Shown in pieces: positions 1 through 12,895 of a stretch of 64,000 nt of DNA; the stretch's first letter is position 1, and every line of letters begins with the position of its first letter. Under the pieces are notes generated by a model that searched no databases, was not told where the DNA came from, and saw nothing but the letters and a program-made list of their open reading frames with translations. Position numbers and translations under genes: made by a program. Origin of the DNA: Antedon mediterranea (lineage: Eukaryota; Animalia; Echinodermata); the NCBI RefSeq assembly GCF_964355755.1, contig NC_092677.1, positions 24,973,175 to 25,037,174 on the forward strand, written 5' to 3'.

Positions 1-3000
1 AAATTAGTTTTGATAGTATACAGACTTAGATAGAGCTTTCAAAATGAAAAAAATCAAATATCGTTAAAACTTGAAATATAGACTCTATTTCAATTTGATT
101 CTAAGATTTATGTCAAAAATATTTATTTATGTAATCAAATTTGGTATCATATAATGGTACCAAATTTGATGAACTTACGACCTAAGGATTGTCCTAATTC
201 CAAGGCACATATCTCAAGAACCGTTAATTGGTGAAGTAAGAAAAATCTATACTGAAGACATGCAGGAAAGGTAAGCAAAAGAATTCATATGATTGGTGAA
301 TTAATGTGGAATTAAATTGCCATCGTCACTGTTGCATGTAGAGTGATAACTAGGTCTATACACTTCACTAGGCAGAAGGTGGTTTGCCTGGTAAATTGAC
401 AGTCACAATAAATATTTTCTACAATCTTTATTTCAATGATTACAGAAATCATTAAAAAAATGTTTTCATAATTTAATAAGAGTATACTTGATATTATTAT
501 CTTGGGTATTACAGTAAAAAAAAACCAACTGTTTAAGAAATACTCACAGTACCACTACTGCTACTTACACTACATTAAAGTGTACTACGATAGCATGGAT
601 GAATATATTATATTGTTTGAAAATTACAAAATCCTACAACAATATGGTTATAGGCACTACAGCTGGTAAACAGGGGCAAATCCAGCATGCAGCTAAATAT
701 TCATAAATGAAAAAAATGATCTGTCAAAAATTATTTTATTTGAAAAAGACATGGCTGTTGTTGGTAATTGGTCATATTCACCAATATCTGATATTCCACC
801 TAAAATCAATTAATATTATAAGTTAATAGAATCTATAAATTTAATTGTATTTCCTTTTAGCATGTGTCATAGGTTGCAACAAACAATCCTTGCAATATTC
901 AGTAAACATTACATAACGTCGTACACAATTGGAATATCACTTGTTGTTCTGTTAGTCCTAACAATAGATTGTATGGAATCGTAAAATGTATTGTTAACGT
1001 CGTGTTATTACAGCTGTTAGTTCGAATTACAAGTCCTGAATCAGATGAGACATTGATGTTTTGTTTGCATTTACAGCGTCATTAATTATGGATAAATACT
1101 TCTTTGGTTAAAAAACACATGTCATTATCAGGAATCATCCTGATCTGGTTAAAAGCTTCAGGATTATGCGACGACGCTCAGGAAGATAATTCAAACGAGA
1201 AAAGACATTTACGACGACAAGTGCATCAAACTATTTAAGCTTTGAATTTCCATAAAAAATATAATTCTTTGCGAATGTAATTATTAAAGAAAAAGTGCGT
1301 TTATTGTGTAGGTCGCCGTGGTAACACTACAGTACATTCACCATACTCTTGTCACAAAAAGTACAAAATACATTATTTCACTTTTAGTGATTGACAGCCT
1401 GGTATTCTACAATTAATAAATTATAGATGGATCAATGTTAATCAAATTTTTATGAATATAAATATATTGTATAATAATATTGTATTAATTGTGTAAAAAT
1501 GCATTACAATTTGATTAGTATCAAGAACATTAAGTTTAGAGTGCTAGCACTTAAAGCAACTGTATATGAAATAATTTATAAAATCAATTTTTAATAGGTA
1601 GACAGAGAAAAGGCTACATGTACAAAATTAAACTGAAGAAAATTAAGGTACAGAATATTGTCTGTGTGTGCAAACGTTTCCAACTCTTCCGATTTCTCCA
1701 GGATTCGCTCGAAATTTCATCCAATCTTCTGAATATTAAAAAACATTTTCACCCACGTTTACTGTTTAAATTCTGTTTCTTAGAAGGCTATTTCTGTATT
1801 TTAATACATAATTACATCCGATTTGTTGCTAGAATACCAATTGTGTGAGGTATTATTTTGTGATTATTAAATGTCAAATCCGTTAAAATACGTCAAAACC
1901 GTTGTGTAAAGTCACATATTACATCACCATTGGGTGAAAGCATATAGTATAAAGTTGATCTTTCCTTTAATAAAGATGCCTTTCTAATATAATATACGTT
2001 GACAGTATGCTTAATATTATATTTTATAAAAAAATAAAGCACACAAAATTAGATATTTTGTATTACACATTATTTATACAATAGAGTCTAGGTTGTCTAA
2101 TTTAAGCCTTACCTATAGCAACACTGTATTATATATTCAAGGCTAGATGTCATGATATAAGAACATTTTTTTGCAGCTGAAACTACAATAATGTAATCGG
2201 CCACTGAATCAAGTCAAGTGTATGCACATATTGATGAATCATATCAAAAACAATGATGTAACCATGTGAAATAAAGTGGTCCAGGTTTTCGCGAGAAAAG
2301 GAAATAATATCTCTTTAAGCCACTTGGTTAGCAAATTCAAACCTTTCAGTGAAAAAATGGTCATGTTAAAACCTTACCAACCGTACTGGTGGCTACGGCC
2401 CTGCAAAATATCATTTTGAAAATGGCCCTACTAAAATATTATTAACCTTTTGCAGTATTAATATTGTATATTTCTATTTAATATATTGAGAATACATTTT
2501 CGTTTCAGGACGGTAGACAGTAATTTTAATCTCTGTATTTAGTAGTAGTCAAAACGTTTGGAAAAAACCTTGTCCCCAAAAGGAGAACTCTAATATCTAC
2601 AGTGGGGGCTAGCAGTATGATATTTCCCAGAAAGCATAAATTTCAGAATATAATTAAAGCAGAGTGTCCATAAGACCACTTTTTAAAAATAATATTGTTT
2701 TGAAAATTCACTGAACACATATTTGCTTGAAACAGTGGGTATGAATTTACGGTGTTTATTCAGCGTAACGAACTACGACCTAGGTCAAACTGAGTGATAA
2801 CAGACTTTGTCCACTACTACTGTACCATGCTGGTATCTTGCTGATGACATCATCACTGGATGACATCATTATGCTATTTTTAGCATCAAGGGATTTGAGG
2901 TCCTTGAACTTATCATACCAACACCCTACTGGGAAATTTGATTTGCTTTATGTAATACTGAGAAATACTATGAATCTTTTCTTACAGCATTATTATAAAT

Positions 3001-4408
3001 ATTGTGAAATGAAAGGAAAATAAACGTCTGTTAAGAATTACTACATAATTAACAATAACATTTAAACATGTTCTTTTATTCAATTATGGTATTTGTTCGA
3101 GCGTTGATTTGAATGATTATTTTACGATGTCATTGATAAAGATTAGGCCAATGGAAGCCGGTAATGAGGATACTGATAATATAATAATAATAATAAACTC
3201 TCTGTTGGTACAGTAAACATTTTGATCATGATAAAAAAGATTATTATTAAATATTATATGATGTTACATGATCAATTGTTTCTAACCTACTGAATACGAA
3301 TGTTCAAAAAACCCAAAAAGTGTATAGAAGATTTTTATTATTAAGTTTAACCCACTAAAAAGGTTAACATATCAATAACATTTCACACTCCAATAATATT
3401 TTCACACTCTCAATTACCACAAATAAATCATTTTAAATACAATAAAGTTCTATAGATAATAAACACTGAAAGTCAGGCATGGATTTACATGCATTGTCTT
3501 GTCCATTGAAGCAGCACACCTCCGAATGTGGAGCATTGTCCTAACCTATCGATCCATACGACGTGATAAACAAAGACCTCGATGCGAAGTTGCTCCTGGC
3601 TTAATAGCGCTAGCTCAAATCCACTGTCTACTCATTGTTGTTGTCATCAATCATGTGACAAGTATAATGACATCGAGACAGCTCTCGACTTCTCCGTCAC
3701 AAAACAAAATTTTTCAAAGAATAGCTTTTTTTTTCAAATGTAATACGGTTTTCCTTTGGGTAAATACAAAAAAAATTTATTTTCACGTCTAGAATTTGGA
3801 TTTTTTTTTATTGGTGGTGGACTTTAATGGTATATTACCTATTGTGACATAACCGACATGGACTAAATTGTTTTAATGTCCAGTCGTCGTATACACACAA
3901 AGAATACATCAAACCTTCCAGGTATTTTTTTGACAGAATTATATTTTTTAAAGGGTATAGTATAACTAACAATTTTATTTTTCTTTTACAACAAATTTAA
4001 TTCAGCTGAAAAATACCCCGAAGTACTAATAATATTATCATTTTTTCATCAAGATTCATGCCTTCAAAAAATCTATTCATTATTTCAAATAACATTTCTC
4101 ATCTTTTTAAAACACCGTACTACAAATTGCTTTAAGTCTTTTGAATATTTTTTTTCTGTGAATATTATATTTCGAGTTGATGACATTTTGTTGATAGCTG
4201 CAATGAAGATGTTGGAAAGATGATACCATTCTCCTTTGAACAGATAGAAATATGAACTCCTATCTAAAACGATCTGTAGTTGTTCATTGATTGACGACCA
4301 TAGGCAAATCATTGTTGTATTTTCTGAAAGAAATTTCTTTATATTTCAGAAAATTAAACCTAAACAATTACAGTTTCCAGATTAATGTTTTGTTAAATGT
4401 ATTTTATA

Positions 4409-4556
4409 AAGCCTTGCTTACACTATCAAACAGTATGTGACAAAAAAATGTGATTTGCCCATACATACCTGTAGACACGATGATGCCATAATAAACTATC
4501 ATATTTGGGCATGTCACACTTTTTATGTTACTAGTTTGATAGTGTAGACAGAGCTT
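4409..4556. mobile_element. MITE family M1 (Harbinger/PIF-like non-autonomous element with internal 21-bp repeat)
   Basis: Family TIRs are AAGCTCTGTCTACACTATCAAACT...AGTTTGATAGTGTAGACAGAGCTT (left TIR diverged in this copy), with TA/TWA-rich flanks. About 20 copies in the window: 4409, 5223, 6659, 21741, 23264, 24225, 26458, 26658, 28739, 35521, 36747, 37164, 39857, 41296, 41755, 47755, 52875, 54826, 56790, 57206. Superfamily inferred from TIR resemblance only. Confidence 0.8.
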
Positions 4557-5222
4557 TAGAGTCTGTAAATTATAATGTACATGTGTGGTTAAATAATGTT
4601 ATGGTTTGGATAAGTTTATACAGGATTATAGAACATTCTGTTACTCCTGGCGAGGTTCATTAATTAGTGAAATAATATTCATTAAAATCAAGTAGCTTAT
4701 CCCGCTGTAATCTACAAAAACGGCATAAATAACGTCAAGGATGCTAGAGATGTCTTTTCTCAAAAAAGAACTTCCAACTGTGAAATGAACTCTATATAAA
4801 CTTGCAAATGTTTTATTTAGTGCTAAGGTTTGAATGAAGAAAACAGCTACACACACTTTGGTATATAACCAAAAAATGGAAAGTCTGGTTCGCCCATAGA
4901 TACTATACAAAACTATATTATATTGTAGTTCACTATAGAGTATCACGGTGTGACGTCACAACGATAGAGGGCGCTGCATGGTTGCTAGCCAACCAAAAAA
5001 TGCGTATTTCTATCAAATTATGTATCTTAGTCACTCAGGCAGGTTGAACGCATTTTCGGTTGCACTAGCAACCACGCAGCGCCACCTACCTAAATTTGCA
5101 TTACAAAAGATAGGACATAAAGTTACTGATGATTTTCAGCAAATTTCTTCTCTTTTTGAGCTGGACCATGTGCCTAAATGAGTGACCCATTTATGCTCCT
5201 AGGTGAAGAGATATCTAGTCTA

Positions 5223-5395
5223 AAGCTCTGTCTACTCTATCTTGAACTAGTTTGACAAAAAGTGTGAAGTGCTCAAATATGGTAGTGGTATACCCAAATA
5301 TGGTAGTGGTATGCCCAAATATGGTAGTGATATCATGTCCATAAATGGGCACATCATATTTTGTCACATAAAGTTTGATAGTGTAGACAGAGCTT
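5223..5395. mobile_element. MITE M1, near-complete copy
   Basis: Both TIRs present; three CCAAATATGGTAGTG-type internal units. Confidence 0.85.
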
Positions 5396-6491
5396 TAAGG
5401 ATAATGCAGAATGTACAATATATTATATAGCAAAAGAGTACTAATACTACACATAACTCCAATTGAATGATACTTTCTTGTGGTAATAAAAATGAGTATC
5501 AAGTATAATTGGCAGATATAAACATTCCTTTTGAAATGAAAAAAATCTGATTAAATCTAATTTTAATAGGCCTGCCCTTGTCCTGGTTCAAGCTAGCTAT
5601 GCCATGGACACTAGCCAACCAAAGTGAGAAGTTCAAGACCACGCTAGGTGATTTACAAAGGCTTAGGAGACATAGTTTGGGTTGTACAATTCTAAGCCCA
5701 CCGAATCGCTTGGCTTACATATCTGGTGCTTCAATATAATACTGTATTTCATAAATAAAACATGAATGTTCTATTTAGAGAAAAAATAATTTGATAAAAA
5801 AAACCCAGTTGTGATTCACATTCTCAAATTACACTTACAGTTTTCTGCATAGCTGTTTAATGATGAATTCTTATTTTGCTTTTTATAGAGAGAATTCAAA
5901 ATGCGCATTTGCAATATATTTAATTTGAAATTTCGCTTGGAGAACGATACTAATTTGGCCAATTACAACAATACTCATATCGATCATTTATTGCAAAAAC
6001 CATATCACATTTAACCTAAGTAGTATTTTAAAATGATTCAATATTTAAATTTATTTCATTAAACTGATGCAATTGTTTTCATATTTACATAATGGGACGC
6101 TAGTTTGTGCACTTAAAATGTGTTGTTTTAAGGCTGGGATTAATACATATGTTTGAATATGTTTATGTGACGTCAATTGTATCGTTAAAAGCTTTTTCTT
6201 CCAGGTAAAATCAATACCAACTAGATACTTGTTGATGTTATCGCACAATTAGGAATATCATTAGGTAATTATGCATTAAGTGTCTGTACAAACAAATTGA
6301 ACTATGACTTGATAATTAAATGAATAGAACGAAATATGCAATGCAAATGTAATTGTGCTGTAGAATATGTACTGCACACTGAACGCTCTAGTCTACAAAA
6401 ATGGCAACATTTTGGTACAGTAAAAGAACCTTTCAAATACCGCCCAGTCAGGTTGCCAACAGATATTCGCAACTCATTCTCAACTCACACA

Positions 6492-6531
6492 CTCCTGAGG
6501 ATGATCAAAGCATATTGATCAAAACGTCGAG
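6492..6531 (+). ncRNA. Degenerate minimal type I hammerhead ribozyme (Penelope-like)
   Basis: CTC-CTGAGGA-T-GATCAA(agcata)TTGATC-AAAA-CG-TC-GAG. The conserved GAAA reads AAAA, so it is probably inactive. Confidence 0.55.
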
Positions 6532-6815
6532 AAACTCAACAGCTCTTTTCAGAACTAATATACTGTAAGTGGTGAACAGCAAATTTTATATCAACATTTG
6601 ATTTCCACATGCAAACCTTCAAACAATATACAGCTATACTATTGAATGTTCTTACAGTAAGCTCTGTCTACACTATCATTAATGAAACTAGTTTTGACCA
6701 AAAAAAGTATAATAGTACAAAAAATGGTGTGATTTGCCAAAATATGGTAGTGATATGACATGTCCATATTATGGGTACATCACATTTTTTTGTCACATAA
6801 AGTTTGATAGTGTAA

Positions 6816-7548
6816 GGGCGTGTGGTGCAGTGTGTTGGACGTTGGACTACCGATCGTCAGACCTAGGTTCGAATCCAACTCTCGCCGCATTGCTTGTATC
6901 CGTAGGCAAGATACTTTACTTACGTTGCCTCTCTCCACCCAGGTGTATAAATGGGTACCCAGTTAGATCAAAGAACTTATAACACAAGAATCTCCTGTTC
7001 GTCCGAAGCGCGTAACAATTTCGAAAGGCATTGTGGGATAGAATAGAGCTATGGGTGGCGCCATTGTGAGCCATGGAGTAGGGCGCCCGCATCAAATTAG
7101 AAAGTCAAAATCATAGAGGGGATCTGCTAATGCTCTAGGGGGGATAGAGTAATTGACTGAGGAGTAGGGCGCCCGCATCAAATTAGAAAGTCAAAATCAT
7201 AGAGGGGATCTGCTAATACTCTAGAGGGGTAGAGTAATTGACTTCCTAGTTTGGAGGGGGCGCTGCTCCATGCTGTGAAATGGCGTCGCCCAGTTTGACC
7301 TTTTAACCCTGTACTTCCGATACTGTGTTTTGAATGCAAATTGAAGAACAGGAGATTCTTGTGTTATAAGTTCTTTGGTTAGATCTAGACACAACTTTGC
7401 GCTGGTTACCGGCTGCATTATGGGAGTATGTTACCATACGTGTTTGATCCAAAAAAATACTGGGGTAATAATGCTTGTAAAGCGCCTTTGAGCATGATTA
7501 CTCATGAAAAGGGCGCTATATAAAGGTGGTATTATTATTATTATTATA
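6816..7548 (+). mobile_element. tRNA-derived SINE, interrupted by a TIR element
   Basis: A-box-like TGGTGCAGTGTG, B-box GGTTCGAATCC, central CTCTCTCCACCCAGGTGTATAAATGGGTACC and (ATT)n tail. An uninterrupted antisense copy lies at 30166-30467. Confidence 0.85.
6969..7377. mobile_element. Non-autonomous DNA transposon with 32-bp perfect TIRs and 7-bp TSD (P-element-like)
   Basis: TIR CAAAGAACTTATAACACAAGAATCTCCTGTTC (6969-7000) and its reverse complement (7346-7377). Flanking direct repeat GTTAGAT; internal ~85-bp direct repeat (7076/7161). Confidence 0.85.
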
Positions 7549-9775
7549 TAATATGATGCTACTTTTTCTATATGGACTGTGCATCATCAAGGGACAATAA
7601 TATTGTCTTCTTTACACAGTATTAATCCATGACAATTGCTTTTTGAATACATCTTTTACTGGTTTAATTTATGATGGTATTAGAATAGAATCAATAAAAG
7701 GTCAAAGTAAGATATAAAGGTTAAGGGCCTGATATCATTCTTCTGTAACCTTCAGAATTACCTGTTAATGACCTATCAAACTATAAATGGAAAAACCGAT
7801 AGGTCAAAGTTCACTATTACTGTCTGCTTTGTCTAGCCTCCAACAGATAGCAATACCATATTGTATAAAGCCAGATCTAGGCATATTCAACTACAGTATA
7901 ATGTTTCAGGGGTTTACTAGATATCATATGCAGTTCAATTGGTTGTGATGTTACCGTATTACAAAAACTATATTGTTGAAATCTTGTGAAGACAAAGCTA
8001 TTGTACTGTCTGTCCACTGAACCCAACATTTGGTCTGGGGGTGGATGGAGAAAAATAAGGACCAAGTTACATTTTTTGGGGACATGCGTCCGCACACGTA
8101 TATTTTATACAGAATCCATGCATACTATAGTACACCCATTTTTCATTATTTTTTACCTGTCCTGGACAGGTTCAGTGTGGACATACAGGTAGCGTAGTCT
8201 TCCAAAGGGATTAGAGTGAATACAAACTGTTCGAGTTATTCATCTCTGAAACAACATGCTTTTTAGGTTGAATAAAAAACTAAATAAAACTGTATATCAA
8301 GAGTATTAATTTCAATAGAATAAATACTAAGTAACATATTTTGAATCAATTGATCATAATTTGTGTCATTTTGCATTAGAGATTGATGACATCATGTCTC
8401 AGATTCTCAAAGATATCTCTCTAACGGCCATTTACATTTATAGATAAAGAAACACATATTGATTTAAGAAGCGATACAAAAAGGGGAAAAAATTTGTTCA
8501 GAAAAAAGGAATTTTAGCTTGAAAATGTAATTGCATAGAAGAAAGACCAACAAAGAAAAGAACCAAAAATAGAAAAGATGCCAGTGGTACATTGGAACGT
8601 TTCCCACAGGGTGAGGGTGTGGTTGTGGACTAGTCCATTATGGTCCAGTAGTATCCTAGAAACTTTAACATTTCGTATCTAAGCCCTCTCTCTGGAGAGC
8701 ACAGGCTATTGTCAGTTTATCCAGGTAAGCTACTGTAGGCACGAAATAGACTATAAATTTAAATTCGTCAAAATTCTTAAGAATGCTTTATTTAGAACAC
8801 GTCAACGAGACAGAAAAGTTTCACCGATTTATTTTCTTTTTATAAACAAATAAAAATGAAAAAACGTATTGTACAGTTATTTGGTCAAATCAAATCGTTA
8901 TCTAAGCCGATTTAAACCTAAATTATTTTCTAGTTTTCAAGTTCACGGTAACCATGGAAAAATAAGTAACTAATTGTTGTCTTTCTTTCTAGACTATGTT
9001 CATTTGGCGGTAGGCCATAGATGACAGAATTGCCAACTAATAACAGATTATGGGAGATTTGGTAAAATCAAGGTCCTCGTTAATCTAGCATGCTTTGAAT
9101 ATCAAGGTAACAAAAGAACAACAAAAACAAATTGCCTTGATACACACTATAGTGTTTATGTTTATAGTTGTGATGTTGTTGACATTGGTGCAGGCCCTAC
9201 AGTAAACACTAAAATATGTGCTGGTTCACTTGCAATGGTTGTTCAGGTCCGAGAGTGAACTTACAGTAAGTCTTGGCTAGCAAAGTGACATAAGTACGGT
9301 AGTAACATACAATACATTGAAAATGTTGGCAGTCTGTTAAGTACGAAATAGAGTATTGCCTGCACAAATATCATGGTGCTAATTGCTCCATATGTTTTAT
9401 TTGTTATTTTTGTACAGTGACGCAAATATCTAAAAAAAACACATTATAAAGTCTTCAGGGTGCATCAATAATATATCAACAAGGATCACAACAATATAGT
9501 TAGTTAAGTGGTCAACCCAAGCATAACAAATAGTGCAACCATTTATTTTGTATTTGTAGAAAAATGAATGTGTTGTGTTGTGTACAGTAAAGTATAGATG
9601 AAAGCTAATAAGCCCGTAGCCAAAATTTTAAGGTTTGTTTTTTCAAAAAAGGGCAAAAATTGTCATGAGCAAGGCTAGAATACTTGTCACACTAATTAAA
9701 CTCTTAAAACTAATTAATTAAAATACGCAAAAATTATGTACTGTATATTAATTGACAAATGTCAGGGTTACTTAA

Positions 9776-11632
9776 AGCCCCATTCCCTACGTTTTTTAGA
9801 TCTAATTTAAGATCACAAACTATATTTAATGTAAAAATAATACTATATGGTCCTATTGCGATAACTTTTTTCGTCTTTAACCCATTGACCCCTAAGTTTA
9901 TTTTGCTCCCCTGGGACCCAAAAAGCATATGTCATATAATTAACCCTAACTTTTTTTCTAAACACAGACATTAAAAAAATTAAAAAACAAAAATAATGCA
10001 AAGGACATTTTATTTCCAAATATGTTATCAAATTTGTGTTACAACTTATTTTGGCGGAGTATGGACTATGCAAATTTTAGAAATATTTTAGGAAAATTAT
10101 TAAAAATTTGTAATTTATCTTTGACTACCAAATGCACAAAAATTAATAAATATTTCATAATAAAACTCATCTCTTCATCAGAACCTATTTCTTCTCTTCA
10201 AAATAAGACCAAACTTGACCATTATGAATGACCGGTTTCGAAATTATGAAGAAATTAGTAGACTGACTCATCCGACGATGACCATATGGGGCCTAGGCCT
10301 ATCGGGAGCCGCCCCGAGAGCGTCCTCGCCGCTGTTTGTTCACCGGGAATGTTAAAAAAAACATCCCGAAAGCGACTTGGAATTCGCGATTCCCACGCGC
10401 ACCGGCATCCCTCGGGAGCTTAGTCCGCTGTTTTAGACGTGTAGCTTGCAGAAAATTTGGCGAAAATGCGTCGAAAACTTATGAAATTAAAACAAGTTTG
10501 GTATCAAAATGTTTGTCAAAAGTTATGCTTCAATAAACTGACCTTTGCGCAGAGTTTGAACAAATATTTCATGCCCATAATGCATCTGACATGTCAGGGT
10601 TCATATTACAATCAAAGGTAAACAATATGGCGCGGCCCTTGTGAGGACATCTTCACGACTTTTCTCCGGTAGAAAAATCACATTTTTACATGGAAATATG
10701 ACGATTTAGACACTGTAACTGATACATAATCTTTATTTATTATACATTTATTGTATACAAGCTTCAAAATAGTGATTATTAGAAATAAAGATGGATTTTA
10801 GACGATTTTACGTTGTATGTCTAGGCCTAGATTCATTCAACGCGCCTGTCGCGTTTCGAACAGCGTGCTTCGAAAAACGGTTATATTTTCGAATTTTATT
10901 TTCAAACTAACTTCAACAATTGTTTTTATATATTTAGAAGCATATTTTTAAAAAAAAAGTTGTGAGTATTTTGTATAATTTGTTGTTACGATTCATGCAC
11001 AGCAAACTGCGCATGTAAATTCGATTTACTTTTTTTTTGTTGAAAATTTGTTTACAATGACCTTGACTTTTAACCTTTTGAGCGCTTTAAGCGCTTATCG
11101 TGGTGAATCGGTTAAACGGTTAAAAATGTGAAAAATCGATTCTAATAATTATAGCGGCCCGCTATAAATCCCAAAATGCATTGCGCGCGGATGGATATTT
11201 TTGTTTTTCACCTGTAATTCGCCCACTTTTCAATCGATCGTGAAGCCAAAACAAATGGAAGACTCCTAACTTTTCAGCGAAAATACCGGGTTTTCCCCAA
11301 TTTGTATCAACGGAGTCTGGCAAAAATAGAAAGACAATTAATGCAGCAACTATACAACGTCAGGCTAGGTATATAGCTAGCGTACGATGTTCGTACGTTA
11401 TCGATGTTTACCAGCTAGGCCTACAAAACTAAGTCTAGCTAGGCTAGGTCTAAGACCGTCCACGAGAGGTCGATCGCCGCGAGCTACTTAGGTAGTGCAT
11501 TGTTTCTCACTTTTTATCATAATTTACCATAAAACGTACATTTAAGACAAGGAATGACATGGTTTAATGTTTTTAAAGTGATATATATGTATTATTTTCC
11601 AAAAAACGTCCAAAATTGCAGGGAAGGGGTCT
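9776..11632. mobile_element. TTAA-flanked non-autonomous DNA transposon (Kolobok-like), ~1.9 kb
   Basis: TTAA|AGCCCCATTCCCTACGTTTTT ... AAAATTGCAGGGAAGGGGTCT|TTAA, imperfect TIRs. Interior is CpG-richer than the flanks and has no transposase ORF. Confidence 0.6.
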
Positions 11633-12895
11633 TTAACTTTACTGCACGCGGCAAACAGCAATGAAAAATGAACATATAACACAAAAAGGTAATTGTATAA
11701 AATGTAACTTGAATGTACTGTAATAATACACATGATGGCTGCTAGCCAACTACTACAGTTTATTTTGATGCCGTCTCATTTAAATGATACATTCGCAATA
11801 AATCTGTTAAGTTTACGTAATCAACAAGGACCTTTACGCTGTGTTTTTGTTATCATCTTTGCCACAACCTGACAGATTTGAAAAATTGCTTTTTAAATTA
11901 AAACACTTTCACTACGATAAAAAAATATTGTTTTAGAATTATGATTATCGGCTGAGATATAAATGAAATGTCTTCACGTACTGAGCATGAATGATGAATC
12001 GGCCATATGGAATTACAAACAGGAATTTATACTGAATACGAATGGAAATGCCAGCAAAATTAAAATAGAGAGAATTTTGGAATACAAATTAAAAGTTATA
12101 GAAATGTAAAAAACATGCTTTTTTTATCTGCAATTCATTTTTTAAATAGTATCAGAATTTTTTAAAATTTCAATCTTAAAATTGCAATAATTTATTACAC
12201 ATTACTGGACTCAGTATATTAAACTGACACACATAAAATGAACTGGTGGTTATTTTTCCTATGATAAGGAATGTACAGTACAATAATAATTTGTTTTTAA
12301 TAATTTTGAGTTATAAATCAATATTTTTAAACATTCTAGCCTCAGATTTCAACAATTTGCATGGTGCCACAGAATGATGCATGTACTGACATGTTTCACT
12401 TTCAAGGGCACCTCTAAGAAGGATGGATTCAGTCCAGGATTTTTTTCAAACAGGAGAGGTACAGCAAGGCAATCTAACAATAGGAATGCTGAGCTTCGGA
12501 GATCAAATGGTTTATCTGTGGCTGCGACACAATCAGTAACACGCACCTTAAGAGACACTGCATGCCTTGGAGAATATGTACATAGTACAGTACTGTTTAT
12601 TTGTTGCAGCCAGACATAAGATCAAAGGACTGTTACGAGTTCCTATTTTGGCAAGGCAAGCTCAGTGTTCTGTTGTTAGATTGTCCAGATTACACTAATG
12701 TTTTAGTAAAAAATAGGTAATAGTTCATATTTTCATTATTGAACATGCAGTAGTTTACTGTATCTGTTAATATTTAAGGGGATTTGATTAGATATCCTAA
12801 TCTATTTAAAGACCATAATTGGTGTAGAAATTGTTTATTTAATTGGATGGAAAATTGAAAGAACACTTACTGTTTGATTGCTAGCATCAATTATT

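Noticed and set aside
4946-4977. CRE (TGACGTCA) and CTCF-like (TAGAGGGCGCTG) motifs; a similar motif at 14824
   Set aside because: Short motif matches without supporting evidence.
6816-6890. tRNA genes (also at 24828, 30828, 31123, 38285, 60050)
   Set aside because: A/B-box-like motifs are present but no complete cloverleaf; most run into SINE bodies or are fragments.
1-9700. Short ORFs and possible exons in the left intergenic region
   Set aside because: No recognisable protein motifs or consistent exon chain; mostly AT-rich sequence with repeat fragments. A lncRNA cannot be excluded.
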